Source: Clostridia bacterium
GTDB lineage: Bacteria > Bacillota > Clostridia > Christensenellales > Aristaeellaceae
DNA length: 64,000 bases
NCBI GenBank assembly: GCA_017938695.1
Contig: JAGBBA010000057.1
Span: 506 to 64,505, forward strand
Direction of reading: 5' to 3'
The notes under the pieces are model-generated. The model was not told where the DNA came from, made no database searches, and was given only the letters and a program-made list of their open reading frames with translations. Both the position numbers and the translations under genes were made by a program. This document shows positions 46,158 through 55,550 of this stretch, piece after piece. Position 1 is the stretch's first letter. The number at the start of each line of letters is the position of its first letter.

Positions 46158-46763
46158 ATGTTTATCTATGAAAAAGAGCTGCAATATCCCGTGCGCATCC
46201 GCAAGCCGGATCAGCGCATGGCCTCAGTGATCATCAGCCAGTACGGCGGCCCCGACGGCGAGCTGGGTGCCTCCCTGCGCTACCTGAGCCAGCGGTACTC
46301 CATGCCCTACAACGAGCTCAAGGGTCTGCTGACGGACATCGGCACCGAGGAGCTGGGACATCTGGAGATGGTGGGCAGCATGATCCACCAGCTGACCCGC
46401 GACCTGAGCGACAGCCAGATCCAGGACAGCGCCTTCGCCCCCTACTTCACCGATCACGGTCTGGGCGTCTATCCCCAGTTTGCCAGCGGTCAGCCCTACC
46501 ACGCCGCCGCCATGGCCGTCAAGGGCGACCCCCTCACCGATCTGCACGAAGACCTGGCAGCCGAGCAGAAGGCCCGCACCACCTACGAAAACCTGATCCA
46601 CCTGTGCGACGACCCGGACGTGAAGGACGTTCTGCGCTTCCTGCGGGCCCGGGAGATCGTGCACTACCAGCGTTTTGCCGAGGCCCTTGCCATGGTGCAG
46701 GATCGCCTGGACGAAAAGAACTTCTACGCTTTCAACCCCGCCTTCCAGTGCGGATGCAAGTAA
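46158..46763 (+). CDS. cotJC: spore coat protein CotJC (manganese-catalase family)
   Basis: QYGGPDGELGASLRYLSQRY and EELGHLEM di-metal motifs. Follows the cotJA/B gene after a 3-nt gap. Confidence 0.88.
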   Translation: MFIYEKELQYPVRIRKPDQRMASVIISQYGGPDGELGASLRYLSQRYSMPYNELKGLLTDIGTEELGHLEMVGSMIHQLTRDLSDSQIQDSAFAPYFTDHGLGVYPQFASGQPYHAAAMAVKGDPLTDLHEDLAAEQKARTTYENLIHLCDDPDVKDVLRFLRAREIVHYQRFAEALAMVQDRLDEKNFYAFNPAFQCGCK

Positions 46764-46823
46764 TGCCATCAGAAAACGCCGCAGCCCTTCACGGGTTGCG
46801 GCTTCGTTGTGCTTTTGGGGGTG

Positions 46824-47570
46824 TCACTTTACATACTCCCCGTAACGCTCCATAAACTGGTCATACTCATACCGGTCGGTGATCCACACGATCACATGGG
46901 CCTCCTTGATGCCCAGCCGGGTGTAGGCTTCCCAGCGGGTGTTGCCGTCGTTGAGCTCAAACTCCCCTTCGTTTTTCCCCTCGGGGATCAGATAATGCAC
47001 GATCAGCGGCGGAATATCTATTTCGCGAGGGATCTCCTCCATCAGCTGGCGGACATGGTTCTCCCACGCCACGGGATGCACCTGAAACTTCAGCCCTTCC
47101 TCCACCGGGCCGGTGCAGCGGTGGAAAAGCGACAGGGGCATTTTAACAGGCCCCAGGAACATGCGGTCAACGATCTTCAAGCCATCGGAAAAGGGTTCAT
47201 TGTGTCCGTCAGACAGGAGGTAGGCATGTACCCACTCTTCCAGCATGCCCTGGCGTGACCACTCCTGGGCAGAGGACAGCGTGCCCTGATACTCCATTTG
47301 GATCGACTCCTTTCTGCAATATACGATTCTCTTGATCGACTCGCAGGAGAGATGATACCTTTCCGCCAGCTGGTCGATGGTTTCGCCGATGGCAAACCGG
47401 GCGCGGATATCCCGATTGCGCTCCCTCAGCTCCTGCCGGTAGCCGCTGGCGGTGCCCCACTGCCGCTTTCTCTCCCGGGCAGGGATATATACCAGCTTGC
47501 CGGAAATGTACTTCTGCACCTGGCGCAAAAGCGGCTCTGGCAAAAGATCCCTGGCGTTTTCGTATTTCAT
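46824..47570 (-). CDS. CD3324/Mor-like HTH domain fused to a ParB/Srx-like domain
   Basis: The N-terminus MKYENARDLLPEPLLRQVQKYISGKLVYIP...SIKRIVY resembles small CD3324-family proteins. The C-terminus has ELNDGNTRWEAYTRLG (ParB-N DGxxR-like). GGAG RBS before the ATG at 47570. Confidence 0.6.
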   Translation of the reverse strand: MKYENARDLLPEPLLRQVQKYISGKLVYIPARERKRQWGTASGYRQELRERNRDIRARFAIGETIDQLAERYHLSCESIKRIVYCRKESIQMEYQGTLSSAQEWSRQGMLEEWVHAYLLSDGHNEPFSDGLKIVDRMFLGPVKMPLSLFHRCTGPVEEGLKFQVHPVAWENHVRQLMEEIPREIDIPPLIVHYLIPEGKNEGEFELNDGNTRWEAYTRLGIKEAHVIVWITDRYEYDQFMERYGEYVK

Positions 47571-47657
47571 GGTGCGCTCTCCTTTCAAGGGCATTGTATC
47601 GCAAAAAGGCGGTACAGGCTATCCCGTAAACGGGTATCACCTGTTTTTGACATAGTA

Positions 47658-47687
47658 TTGACACGATTGAAAATCCATTGGTATAAT
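47658..47687 (+). promoter_or_regulatory. sigma-70-type promoter
   Basis: TTGACA, an 18-nt spacer, then TATAAT. Confidence 0.6.
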
Positions 47688-47753
47688 GTTTTTGGTATTT
47701 TCCTTTTTTGACCCGTTACAGATGGATAGATATCATTGTGTGGAGGTGTTTGT

Positions 47754-49166
47754 ATGAACATGTTCAAGAAGCTTGCAAGCCTTCTTCTGGCGGTGCTGAT
47801 GCTGGCCAGCTGCTTTCCCGCATCGGCAGAAGACCTGGCCGCGCAGTTGGTGGATACCTGGATCGAGAACGACGGCTACGGCACGCTGCACCTGAATGCC
47901 GACGGTACCGCCGTGATGAACTACTACGACGACACCGTGACCGAGTGCACTTGGGCCGTGACCGAAGAGGGCCCCAAGTTCCTGGACGGCATGTGGTACA
48001 ACTCCCCCATGGAGCTGCTGGATGAAAACACCCTCAGCGTCAGCAATGGCTGGATGGTCTTCACCCGTGAAGGCGAGGAACCCTCCGTTCTGCCGCTGAA
48101 TGCCGTGCCCGTGGGCGAAGATGGCGAGCCCTTCCTGGGCACCTGGTCGCTGAGCACCATCAACGTTGAGGGTGAAACCTACAACGCTGCTGATTTCGGT
48201 ATGAGCATGGAGCTGACCTTCAACGCCGACGGTACCGTGACCTCCCTGGAGGACGGCGAAACCAACACCTCCACCTGGTCGGTGGAATACGGCGCAGCCA
48301 TGGTGGACGGCCTGTTCCTGACCCTGAACGACGAAGGACAACTGGTGCTGACGGATGAAGGCAGCGAGATGATCTTCGTTCACGGCGCAGCCAGCAGTGA
48401 GGGCGAGCTGTCTGAAGAAGAGCAGCTGTTGGCCCTGCTGCAGCTGATGAGCCAGATGGAGCTGGAAGAAACCGAAGAATCCACCTTGCCTGAGCACTTG
48501 CAGGGCTATGTAGGCGAATGGCACATGGTCTACACCGCCACCGGCGGTCTGACCGGCGACCTGCGCACCATGGGCGTGACCTGCACCCTGGACCTGTACA
48601 GCGACGGCGACGGCTCCATCGACTTCCCCTCCTATGAGTTCAGCACCTGGTACGAGGAGGACGGCATCGTCCGCTTCGGTGAGAGCGGCATGCCCATGAC
48701 CCTGCTGGAAGACGGCTTCCTGCAATACGGCACGGAGCTGGGCGGTTACATGATCTTCAGCCAGGACCCCGAGGCAGTCTACACCCCTGCGGCGGCTGAA
48801 CCCACCGCCGCCCCCGAGGCCCCTGCTGCCGCTGCTGGCCGCACCTTCACCAGCAACGAAGAATACCTGGGCATCAAGTTCGTGGCCGACACCTACACCA
48901 TGGCCGGGCAGACTTACGATGCCTCCGCGCTGGGGACGGAATATTCCCTGCTGTTCCATGAAAACGGCACCTGCGATTTCAGCATGGCCGGTGCCATGAT
49001 GCCGGGCCTGTCCTGGGGCCTGGGCAACGTGGCCGTGGGCCTGAACCAGATCGAGGCCTTCTCCATCAACTACTACGGCACCATGTTCAACGCCGTGCCC
49101 ACTTCCACTGGCTTTGACATGGACTTCTACGGCACCATGACGCTGCACTTCGTCCCTGCGGAATAA
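47754..49166 (+). CDS. secreted repeat protein of unknown function
   Basis: GGAGG RBS and a signal peptide. An internally repeated motif ([LF]xxNADGT[AV]) suggests tandem lipocalin-like modules. Confidence 0.7.
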   Translation: MNMFKKLASLLLAVLMLASCFPASAEDLAAQLVDTWIENDGYGTLHLNADGTAVMNYYDDTVTECTWAVTEEGPKFLDGMWYNSPMELLDENTLSVSNGWMVFTREGEEPSVLPLNAVPVGEDGEPFLGTWSLSTINVEGETYNAADFGMSMELTFNADGTVTSLEDGETNTSTWSVEYGAAMVDGLFLTLNDEGQLVLTDEGSEMIFVHGAASSEGELSEEEQLLALLQLMSQMELEETEESTLPEHLQGYVGEWHMVYTATGGLTGDLRTMGVTCTLDLYSDGDGSIDFPSYEFSTWYEEDGIVRFGESGMPMTLLEDGFLQYGTELGGYMIFSQDPEAVYTPAAAEPTAAPEAPAAAAGRTFTSNEEYLGIKFVADTYTMAGQTYDASALGTEYSLLFHENGTCDFSMAGAMMPGLSWGLGNVAVGLNQIEAFSINYYGTMFNAVPTSTGFDMDFYGTMTLHFVPAE

Positions 49167-49180
49167 AGCCAAGCACAACA

Positions 49181-49217
49181 AACGCCTGCCAGATTTCAGC
49201 CTGGCAGGCGTTTTTTT
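49181..49217. terminator. bidirectional terminator
   Basis: 12-bp stem aacgcctgccag/ctggcaggcgtt followed by T7. Confidence 0.9.
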
Positions 49218-49226
49218 GATACATGC

Positions 49227-50423
49227 TTAGTCACTTGTATAGTTGTCGAAGTAGCCCTGGATGTACACAATGGGCGTGCCCTTGTCGCCGGAGCCGCTGG
49301 TCAGGTCGCACAGGGAGCCAATCAGGTCGGTGAGGCGGCGGGGGGTGGTGCCCTGGGCGGCCATCTGGCCTACCAGGCTGGAGCCGTCCTTCTTCTGGAT
49401 CGCGCCCTTGATGGCGTCGCGCAGGGCTTCGCCGGAGAGACCGGCAAAGTCGTTGTCCGCCAGGTACTTCAGCTTCAGCTCGTTGGGGGTGCCCTCCAGG
49501 CCGGCAGTGTAGGCCGGGGAAACCACCGGGTCAGCCAGCTCCCAGATCTTGCCCACGGGATCCTTGAAGGCACCGTCGCCGTACACCATCACTTCGATGT
49601 GCTTGCCGGTGGCCTTCAGCAGGCGATCCTGGATGTCCTCCACCAGGTCCTGGCACTCGCGGGGGAAGAGCTTCACGGTATCCTCGGTGGACTTGTTGGA
49701 GCCCAGCAGGCCGTAGCGGGCATTGTAGCCGCTGCCGTCGATGGACTCGGTCATGATCTCGTCCAGGCCGAACACGCGCTCAGCACCGGCGGCCTTCAAC
49801 AGACGCTTGGTGCGCTCGCGGGTGTGGATGTCGCAGTTGATCACATTCTTGGTGTAGTTCAGGATGGCGCGGCAGTCGTTGGCGAAGACGATCTCCACCT
49901 CGGCACCGCAGCCGCGAATCAGCTCGGAATAGTATTCCACATAGTCCACGCCGGTGAAGGGATGCTTGATGTAGCCGAACATGGTGCGGTACTGCTCCTC
50001 GGAGAGCACATCGCGGTAGGGATCCACGTTGTGCTTGTCCATCAGATCCCAGTCGATGAGGTGGTTGCCCACTTCGTCGGAGGGGTAGGACAGCATCAGC
50101 ACGATCTTCTTGCAGCCCTTGGCAATGCCGCGCAGGCAAATAGCAAAGCGGTTACGGCTCAGGATGGGGAAGATCACGCCCACGGTTTCGCCGCCCAGCT
50201 TGTTCTTGACGTCCTGTGCAATGTTTTCCACGCTGGCATAGTTGCCCTGGGAACGGGCCACGATGGCCTCGGTCATGGCAACCACGTCGCGGTCGCGGGG
50301 AGAGATGCTGCCCTCGTTGATGGCTTCCTGGATGGAGTCCACCACGATCTTGGCCAGATCATCGCCCTGACGGATGATAGGGGCGCGCACGCCCATGGAG
50401 ACGGTACCGATCATACGGCTCAT
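49227..50423 (-). CDS. CofE-like (F420-0:gamma-glutamyl ligase family) protein
   Basis: GAGGAG RBS before the ATG at 50423. The N-terminal IIRQGDDL...AMTEAIVARSQG pattern fits the CofE fold. The function in this organism is unknown. Confidence 0.6.
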   Translation of the reverse strand: MSRMIGTVSMGVRAPIIRQGDDLAKIVVDSIQEAINEGSISPRDRDVVAMTEAIVARSQGNYASVENIAQDVKNKLGGETVGVIFPILSRNRFAICLRGIAKGCKKIVLMLSYPSDEVGNHLIDWDLMDKHNVDPYRDVLSEEQYRTMFGYIKHPFTGVDYVEYYSELIRGCGAEVEIVFANDCRAILNYTKNVINCDIHTRERTKRLLKAAGAERVFGLDEIMTESIDGSGYNARYGLLGSNKSTEDTVKLFPRECQDLVEDIQDRLLKATGKHIEVMVYGDGAFKDPVGKIWELADPVVSPAYTAGLEGTPNELKLKYLADNDFAGLSGEALRDAIKGAIQKKDGSSLVGQMAAQGTTPRRLTDLIGSLCDLTSGSGDKGTPIVYIQGYFDNYTSD

Positions 50424-50735
50424 AAAAACACTCCTCATTTCTGCAAAAGAGTCGCCGAAGTCGTTTTGGTCTTTTACTGCAATATTATACAGCAAGTTTT
50501 CACTTTGGCAAACATATTTTTGTTTTTTGGAAGAATTTTTTTCTTTCAGGAATGGCACGGCCTCCCTTATCCTTGCAAACAACCGGTTTTTCTCCCCTGA
50601 TTTTTGACATTTTCTTGCTATAAGGTGCAATTTAGCAAACATTTTTCACATCCGCGCCATTGTTTATTCGTGTTTACAGCGTTATACTACATTGTACCGT
50701 TTTTTCAAACGACGCAGAATGGAGAGGATTTACGC

Positions 50736-51425
50736 ATGGAAAACCTCAATCTGATTTATACCGGCAAGACCAAGAATGTTTACGCCCTGGACAACGGCAA
50801 CTGCCTGCTGAAGTTCAAGGATGACTGCACCGGCAAGGACGGCGTGTTCGATCCCGGCGAGAACTCCGTGGGCCTGACCATCGAAGGCGTGGGCGATGTG
50901 AACCTGCGCATGTCCATCTACTTCTTTGAGAAGATCAACGCCGCCGGCATCTACACCCATTATGTGAATGCCGACCTGAACAACACCACCATGGAAGTGC
51001 TGAAGGCCAAGCCCTTCGGCCACGGCCTGGAAGTGATCTGCCGCCACAAGGCTGTGGGCAGCTTCATCCGCCGCTATGGTGCCTACATCGAGTCCGGTGC
51101 CGACCTGCCCGCCTATGTGGAAATGACCTTCAAGGACGACGAGAAGGGCGATCCCCTGGTCACCAAGGACGCTCTGGCTGCCCTGGGCGTGATGACCGAG
51201 GAACAGTACGACACCATCAAGGACATGACCCAGAAGATCACCCAGATCGTCGCTGACGACCTGAAGGAGAAGGGCCTGGTCCTGTACGACATCAAGTTCG
51301 AGTACGGCTACGACGCCGACGGCAAGGTGATGCTGATCGACGAGATCGCCTCCGGCAACATGCGCGTGTACAAGGACGGCGAGTACATCGACCCCATGAC
51401 CCTGTCCAAGCTGTTCTTCGCCTAA
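50736..51425 (+). CDS. purC: phosphoribosylaminoimidazole-succinocarboxamide (SAICAR) synthase
   Basis: N-terminus [11 protein letters not shown] and the conserved [10 protein letters not shown]-type C-terminal region. Confidence 0.9.
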   Translation: MENLNLIYTGKTKNVYALDNGNCLLKFKDDCTGKDGVFDPGENSVGLTIEGVGDVNLRMSIYFFEKINAAGIYTHYVNADLNNTTMEVLKAKPFGHGLEVICRHKAVGSFIRRYGAYIESGADLPAYVEMTFKDDEKGDPLVTKDALAALGVMTEEQYDTIKDMTQKITQIVADDLKEKGLVLYDIKFEYGYDADGKVMLIDEIASGNMRVYKDGEYIDPMTLSKLFFA

Positions 51426-51430
51426 AGGCG

Positions 51431-51690
51431 TCACGAAAGTGGCAAAGCCACTTTCGTGAGGATTGCGCTCCGTCACTGTTCGCTACGCTCACGGGCGTTC
51501 CTTCGCGTAAGGTATGTTTTCCGGTTTCGGCCATCACCGGGGCAAGCCCGGCGATGGCTACACTTGCCCATTGCAAGCAATGGGCTGCGTTAGTCAGGCT
51601 GAAGCCTGACCTCACGGAGCGAAAACGCCCCGCCCCGTCGGCGGAGCCGCCGGATACGATTACAGTCAGAGGGCCTGCGGGCCCTCCGAT
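51431..51690 (+). repeat. hairpin-array intergenic element
   Basis: tcacgaaagtggcaaagccactttcgtga (51431-51459) followed by GAGGATTGCG. Further hairpins at 51531-51557, 51566-51585, 51594-51611 and 51667-51688. Confidence 0.6.
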
Positions 51691-51771
51691 ACCTCCCAGG
51701 TTTTGCAAAGTATATGAAGGAGCGTGCTGCCACGCTCCTTCTGTTATATCTGCCCGAAAGGAGGTCCACCT

Positions 51772-52869
51772 ATGCCGGGCTTCAACCCCAAAAGCCTCAC
51801 CGACTGCCGGGAGCAGAAGCAGTTCCCCTGCATCGACGTGGTGAAGCTGATTTGCGCCGTGCTGGTGATCACCGCTCACATCGCCCCCTTCGGCGAAACG
51901 GATGTGCCGCTCCTGATGACCATCAACGATATCATCCAGCGGTATCTGTGCCGCATCGCCGTGCCGTTCTTCTTTGTGTGCACCGGCTTTCTGCTCTTCC
52001 GCAGAACAGAACCGGCAAACGCCCTCTCTCCCGCCCTGGGCTATGCCAAGAAGCTTCTGCGCATGTACCTGCTCTGGACGGCCATCTACTGCGTGTTCAT
52101 CCTGCGTGACATCCTGATGAACCCCCAGAGCGTTTTGCAGGGCATCGTCATCGCCCTGCGGGATTTCTTCCTGGTAGGCAGCTATGTGCACCTGTGGTAT
52201 CTGCATGCGTCCATCACCGCCGTGGTGCTGGCTGCGTTCCTGCTCAGCCGGGAAGTCGCGCCCACGAAGATCTTCGGCATCTCCCTGGTGCTGTATTGCA
52301 TCGGCCTGCTGGCGGAATCCTACTTCGGGCTGATCCGCCCCCTGCAAGGCGTGCCAGCCCTGTGGCAAACGCTGAAAGCCGTGCAGAGCGTGATCTTCAC
52401 CACCCGTAACGGCCTGTTCGAGGGCCTGGCCTTCGTCAGCCTGGGCATGCTGCTGGCCTATAAGCCCATCCGCCTGTCCCTGAAAGCCGCTGTGCTGGGA
52501 CTGATCGCCTCGCTGGCCCTGCTGCTGGCAGAAGGTCTTCTGCTGGACAACGCCGGGTGGATCCGCGACACCGATTACTACCTTTCCCTGCTGCCGGTGG
52601 CCTTCTTCATGTTCTACCTGGCCGCCCATATCCAGCTGAAGCCCGGCAAGCTCTACCCCTACCTGCGCACCCTGTCCACGCTGGTGTACTTCATCCACAT
52701 CTGGATCCGCGGCGCGCTGATGATCCTGTCGGACATCCTCCACCTGGGCTGGACGCAAAACGCCATGCTGTTCCTGCTGACGCTGGTGCTCAGCGTGATC
52801 GGCGCGATGGTGATCGCGAAAATGGCGCAGCACCCCAAGCTGAGCTTTCTGAAAAAACTGTATGTGTAA
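51772..52869 (+). CDS. acyltransferase-3 family membrane protein
   Basis: AAAGGAGG RBS before the ATG at 51772. About 10 TM segments with acyltransferase_3-like N-terminal His/Arg context. Confidence 0.75.
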   Translation: MPGFNPKSLTDCREQKQFPCIDVVKLICAVLVITAHIAPFGETDVPLLMTINDIIQRYLCRIAVPFFFVCTGFLLFRRTEPANALSPALGYAKKLLRMYLLWTAIYCVFILRDILMNPQSVLQGIVIALRDFFLVGSYVHLWYLHASITAVVLAAFLLSREVAPTKIFGISLVLYCIGLLAESYFGLIRPLQGVPALWQTLKAVQSVIFTTRNGLFEGLAFVSLGMLLAYKPIRLSLKAAVLGLIASLALLLAEGLLLDNAGWIRDTDYYLSLLPVAFFMFYLAAHIQLKPGKLYPYLRTLSTLVYFIHIWIRGALMILSDILHLGWTQNAMLFLLTLVLSVIGAMVIAKMAQHPKLSFLKKLYV

Positions 52870-52875
52870 CGCAAA

Positions 52876-52904
52876 AACGAACGGCGACGAGCCGTTCGTT
52901 TTTT
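52876..52904 (+). terminator. rho-independent terminator
   Basis: aacgaacggc/gccgttcgtt stem followed by a T-run. Confidence 0.85.
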
Positions 52905-52943
52905 GCATTGGTAGCGGATACCGCAGCATGAGTTGCATCTTAT

Positions 52944-53245
52944 AGAAGAAACACCGCGGGCAATGCAGCAGGCAATCCCTCCGGCTTCGCTGCGCTCAGC
53001 CACCTCCCTTTGCACAAGGGAGGCTTTGCGTCTTGCCCTCAATTCGGCATTGTCGCGGTGCACCCGTTGCGCGCCGTGACCCCTGCAAAGGAAAAACCCA
53101 CGCTGCTCTCGCAAAGTGGGTTTCGAAAGGGCCGAACGGCCCTTCGTGGGGTGGAGGGGCAACGCCCCTCCCGGGAGTCCAGAGGGCAGAGCCCTCTGGC
53201 GGGTGTGCAGAGGGCAGAGCCCTTTGCCAGGGGCAAAGCACCTGG
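52944..53245 (-). repeat. full-length mosaic hairpin element, inverted orientation, abutting the dnaA stop
   Basis: The reverse complement is collinear with 38740-39091: five unit hairpins, a terminator module (aaacccac..gtgggttttt), the GC hairpin, the cctccctt/aagggagg module and GGAGGGATTGCCTGC. There is no heptamer array. Confidence 0.85.
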
Positions 53246-54577
53246 TCACTTGCCTTCTTTGATGAGGTTTTTGATGTCGTTGACCACGCTGGACATGGAG
53301 GAAGAGGACTTGATGTTGGCGGCCACGGTGTTGCATGAGTGCAGGATGGTGGAGTGGTCGCGGTTGCCGAAGGCCTGGCCGATCTGGGGCAGGCTCATGG
53401 TGGTCATCTCACGGGTGAGGTAGATGGCGATCTGCCGGGGCACGGTGATCTCGCGGCGGCGGGTGGAGCTGATGAGATCAGCGGTGGTAATGCCGTAGTA
53501 GTTGCTCACCGTTTGCATGATGGTTTCGGCGGTGATGGCACGGGTCTTCTTGACGAAGATATCGCGCAGGGCGTCCTGGCAGAGGGCGGCGGTGATGGGC
53601 TCGCCCACCAGGTTGGCGTAGGCCACCAGGCGCGTCAGGCTGCCCTCCAGCTCGCGGATGTTGCTGTCCACATTGGAGGCGATCAGCTCCAGCACATCGT
53701 CGCCCACGTTGACGTGATCCTGCCGGGCCTTCTCGCGGAGGATGGCGATGCGGGTTTCAATGTCGGGCCGGGCGATATCGGCGATCAGTCCCCAGGCAAA
53801 GCGGCTGGAAAGACGCTCCTCCAGGCGGTTGATCTCCTGGGGCGGCTTGTCGCTGGTGAGGATGATCTGCTTGCCGGCGGTGTGCAGGGCGTTGAAGGTG
53901 TGGAAGAACTCCTCCTGGGTACTGTCGCGGCCGGCGATGAACTGGATATCGTCCACCATCAGGATGTCCACATTGCGGAAGCGGTTGCGGAACTCGGTGT
54001 TGCGGTTCTGCTGGATGGCGGAGATCAGCTCGTTGGTGAAGTTTTCGCTGGTGATGTAGAGCAGCCGCTTTTCGGGGTACTGCTGCTGCACATAATGGCC
54101 GATGGCGTGCATCAGGTGGGTCTTTCCCAGGCCCACGCCGCCGTGGATAAACAGGGGGTTGTAGGCATCGGCAGGGGATTCGGCCACCGCCAGGGAGGCC
54201 GCGTGGGCAAAGCGGTTATTGCTGCCCACCACAAAGGTATCGAAGGTGTACTTGGGGTTCAGCTGAACAGACCCTACCGCCAGGCCACTGGATGCAGCTG
54301 CCTGGGCGCGGATCTCGTCGTTTTCCAGTTCGGCACTGGTGAGCACGGTAACGGATATGCGGTGGCCAGCCACCTGCGAAATGCAGTTGGAAATCAGGGG
54401 CACATAACGGTTGTTGACCATCACCTTCATGGCTTCCATGCCAATGCGCAGGGTAAGCACATCGTTTTCCAGCTTCACAGGGGTGAGGTTGTTTTCGATC
54501 CAGGTTTGATAAGAAACCGGGTTGATCTCACTCTTGAGCAGCTCGCACGCGCTGTCCCAAAGTTCCTTCATGTCCAT
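53246..54577 (-). CDS. dnaA: chromosomal replication initiator DnaA
   Basis: AAA+ Walker A GGVGLGKTHL, box VII and C-terminal DNA-binding helix (IGQAFGNRDHSTILHS). GGAGGAAG RBS. Confidence 0.98.
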   Translation of the reverse strand: MDMKELWDSACELLKSEINPVSYQTWIENNLTPVKLENDVLTLRIGMEAMKVMVNNRYVPLISNCISQVAGHRISVTVLTSAELENDEIRAQAAASSGLAVGSVQLNPKYTFDTFVVGSNNRFAHAASLAVAESPADAYNPLFIHGGVGLGKTHLMHAIGHYVQQQYPEKRLLYITSENFTNELISAIQQNRNTEFRNRFRNVDILMVDDIQFIAGRDSTQEEFFHTFNALHTAGKQIILTSDKPPQEINRLEERLSSRFAWGLIADIARPDIETRIAILREKARQDHVNVGDDVLELIASNVDSNIRELEGSLTRLVAYANLVGEPITAALCQDALRDIFVKKTRAITAETIMQTVSNYYGITTADLISSTRRREITVPRQIAIYLTREMTTMSLPQIGQAFGNRDHSTILHSCNTVAANIKSSSSMSSVVNDIKNLIKEGK

Positions 54578-54599
54578 GTGTATCTTCCTCCGCTTGCGT

Positions 54600-54965
54600 A
54601 TGCCGGGGTGAATGAATGTTCACGCCGGGAAAAAAAGCGCACGATTGCGGTGCATCGTGAGCTGTGGATAACTCGCTTGTGGATAACTTCATTCGCATCT
54701 TTCAGCTGATTCAGCATAGCATAAAAATCAAGAAATTTCAAGGGGTGCACCAAAGTGCTGGATAGGCCACCTGTGGATAACCATCTCCCACAAGGGATTG
54801 TGGTGAACATGTGTACTACCACAAGACCTGCAAATCTGCACTGAATATTTAACCGAAATATGAATATAAATACATGACCTTTGGCAAATTGTACAGAAAC
54901 TTAACAGGATCGTAAGATTTGGCATTTTTACCTGTGGATAACAGGATTATAACATGTGGATGTCG
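54600..54965. other. oriC-like region: DnaA-box cluster plus AT-rich segment
   Basis: Perfect TGTGGATAA at 54663-71, 54678-86, 54772-80 and 54933-41, all in the same orientation. A 1-mismatch box lies at 54955-63. The AT-rich stretch is at about 54836-54905. Confidence 0.8.
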
Positions 54966-55001
54966 AATGAAGAAAAAGATACCAATGAGGAGGCGAAGGA
55001 C

Positions 55002-55496
55002 ATGCCTGTGGCAATATCGACCTACAGCGTGAAGTGCGTGCTGCGGCCCTACCTGGGCTCGGATATGGTGGACGGCACCGGCATTGCCGAAGAAGCCGCC
55101 CATGTGCTGCGCTCCTATGCCCCCTACCGCGATACCCTGGAGGACCTGGCGGAGCGGCTGAGCAACATCCTGTTCGATGTGCTGTACTCCACCCTGGGCC
55201 CCCGGATGACCATCCGGCTGGACAACGGCGAAATGGTGCGCATCATGATGAAGGATCTGCCCGACATGGCCGACGCCGTTCTGGGCGCGCTGTTCGACAC
55301 CATGACGGTGTATTCCGTGAATTTCCAGACGCTGAAGGACTACTCCATGCGCACCGGTTCCCTCAGCGCGATGCGTGTGCTCTATCAGAAGTACGACGAT
55401 TTCCAGTCTCCGGAGGAAAAGGCCCTGATGGCGCGGATCATCCGGGATAATTATCCCAAGCATTTGTATGAATCCTGGCTGAAGGACGAAGCATGA
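55002..55496 (+). CDS. hypothetical protein
   Basis: GAGGAGG RBS 8 nt before the ATG at 55002; the track start at 54954 has no RBS and overlaps DnaA boxes. No recognisable motifs. Confidence 0.6.
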   Translation: MPVAISTYSVKCVLRPYLGSDMVDGTGIAEEAAHVLRSYAPYRDTLEDLAERLSNILFDVLYSTLGPRMTIRLDNGEMVRIMMKDLPDMADAVLGALFDTMTVYSVNFQTLKDYSMRTGSLSAMRVLYQKYDDFQSPEEKALMARIIRDNYPKHLYESWLKDEA

Positions 55497-55550
55497 AAAA
55501 TGCTCCGTCCTTCGTTCCATCCATGAAGACTGTTTGAAAGGAATCCCAGC

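Noticed and set aside
43704-46184. 826-aa minus-strand ORF
   Set aside because: It is antisense to cstA and the cotJ genes. It has a low-complexity G/A/H/Q-rich translation, no RBS and no recognisable domain.
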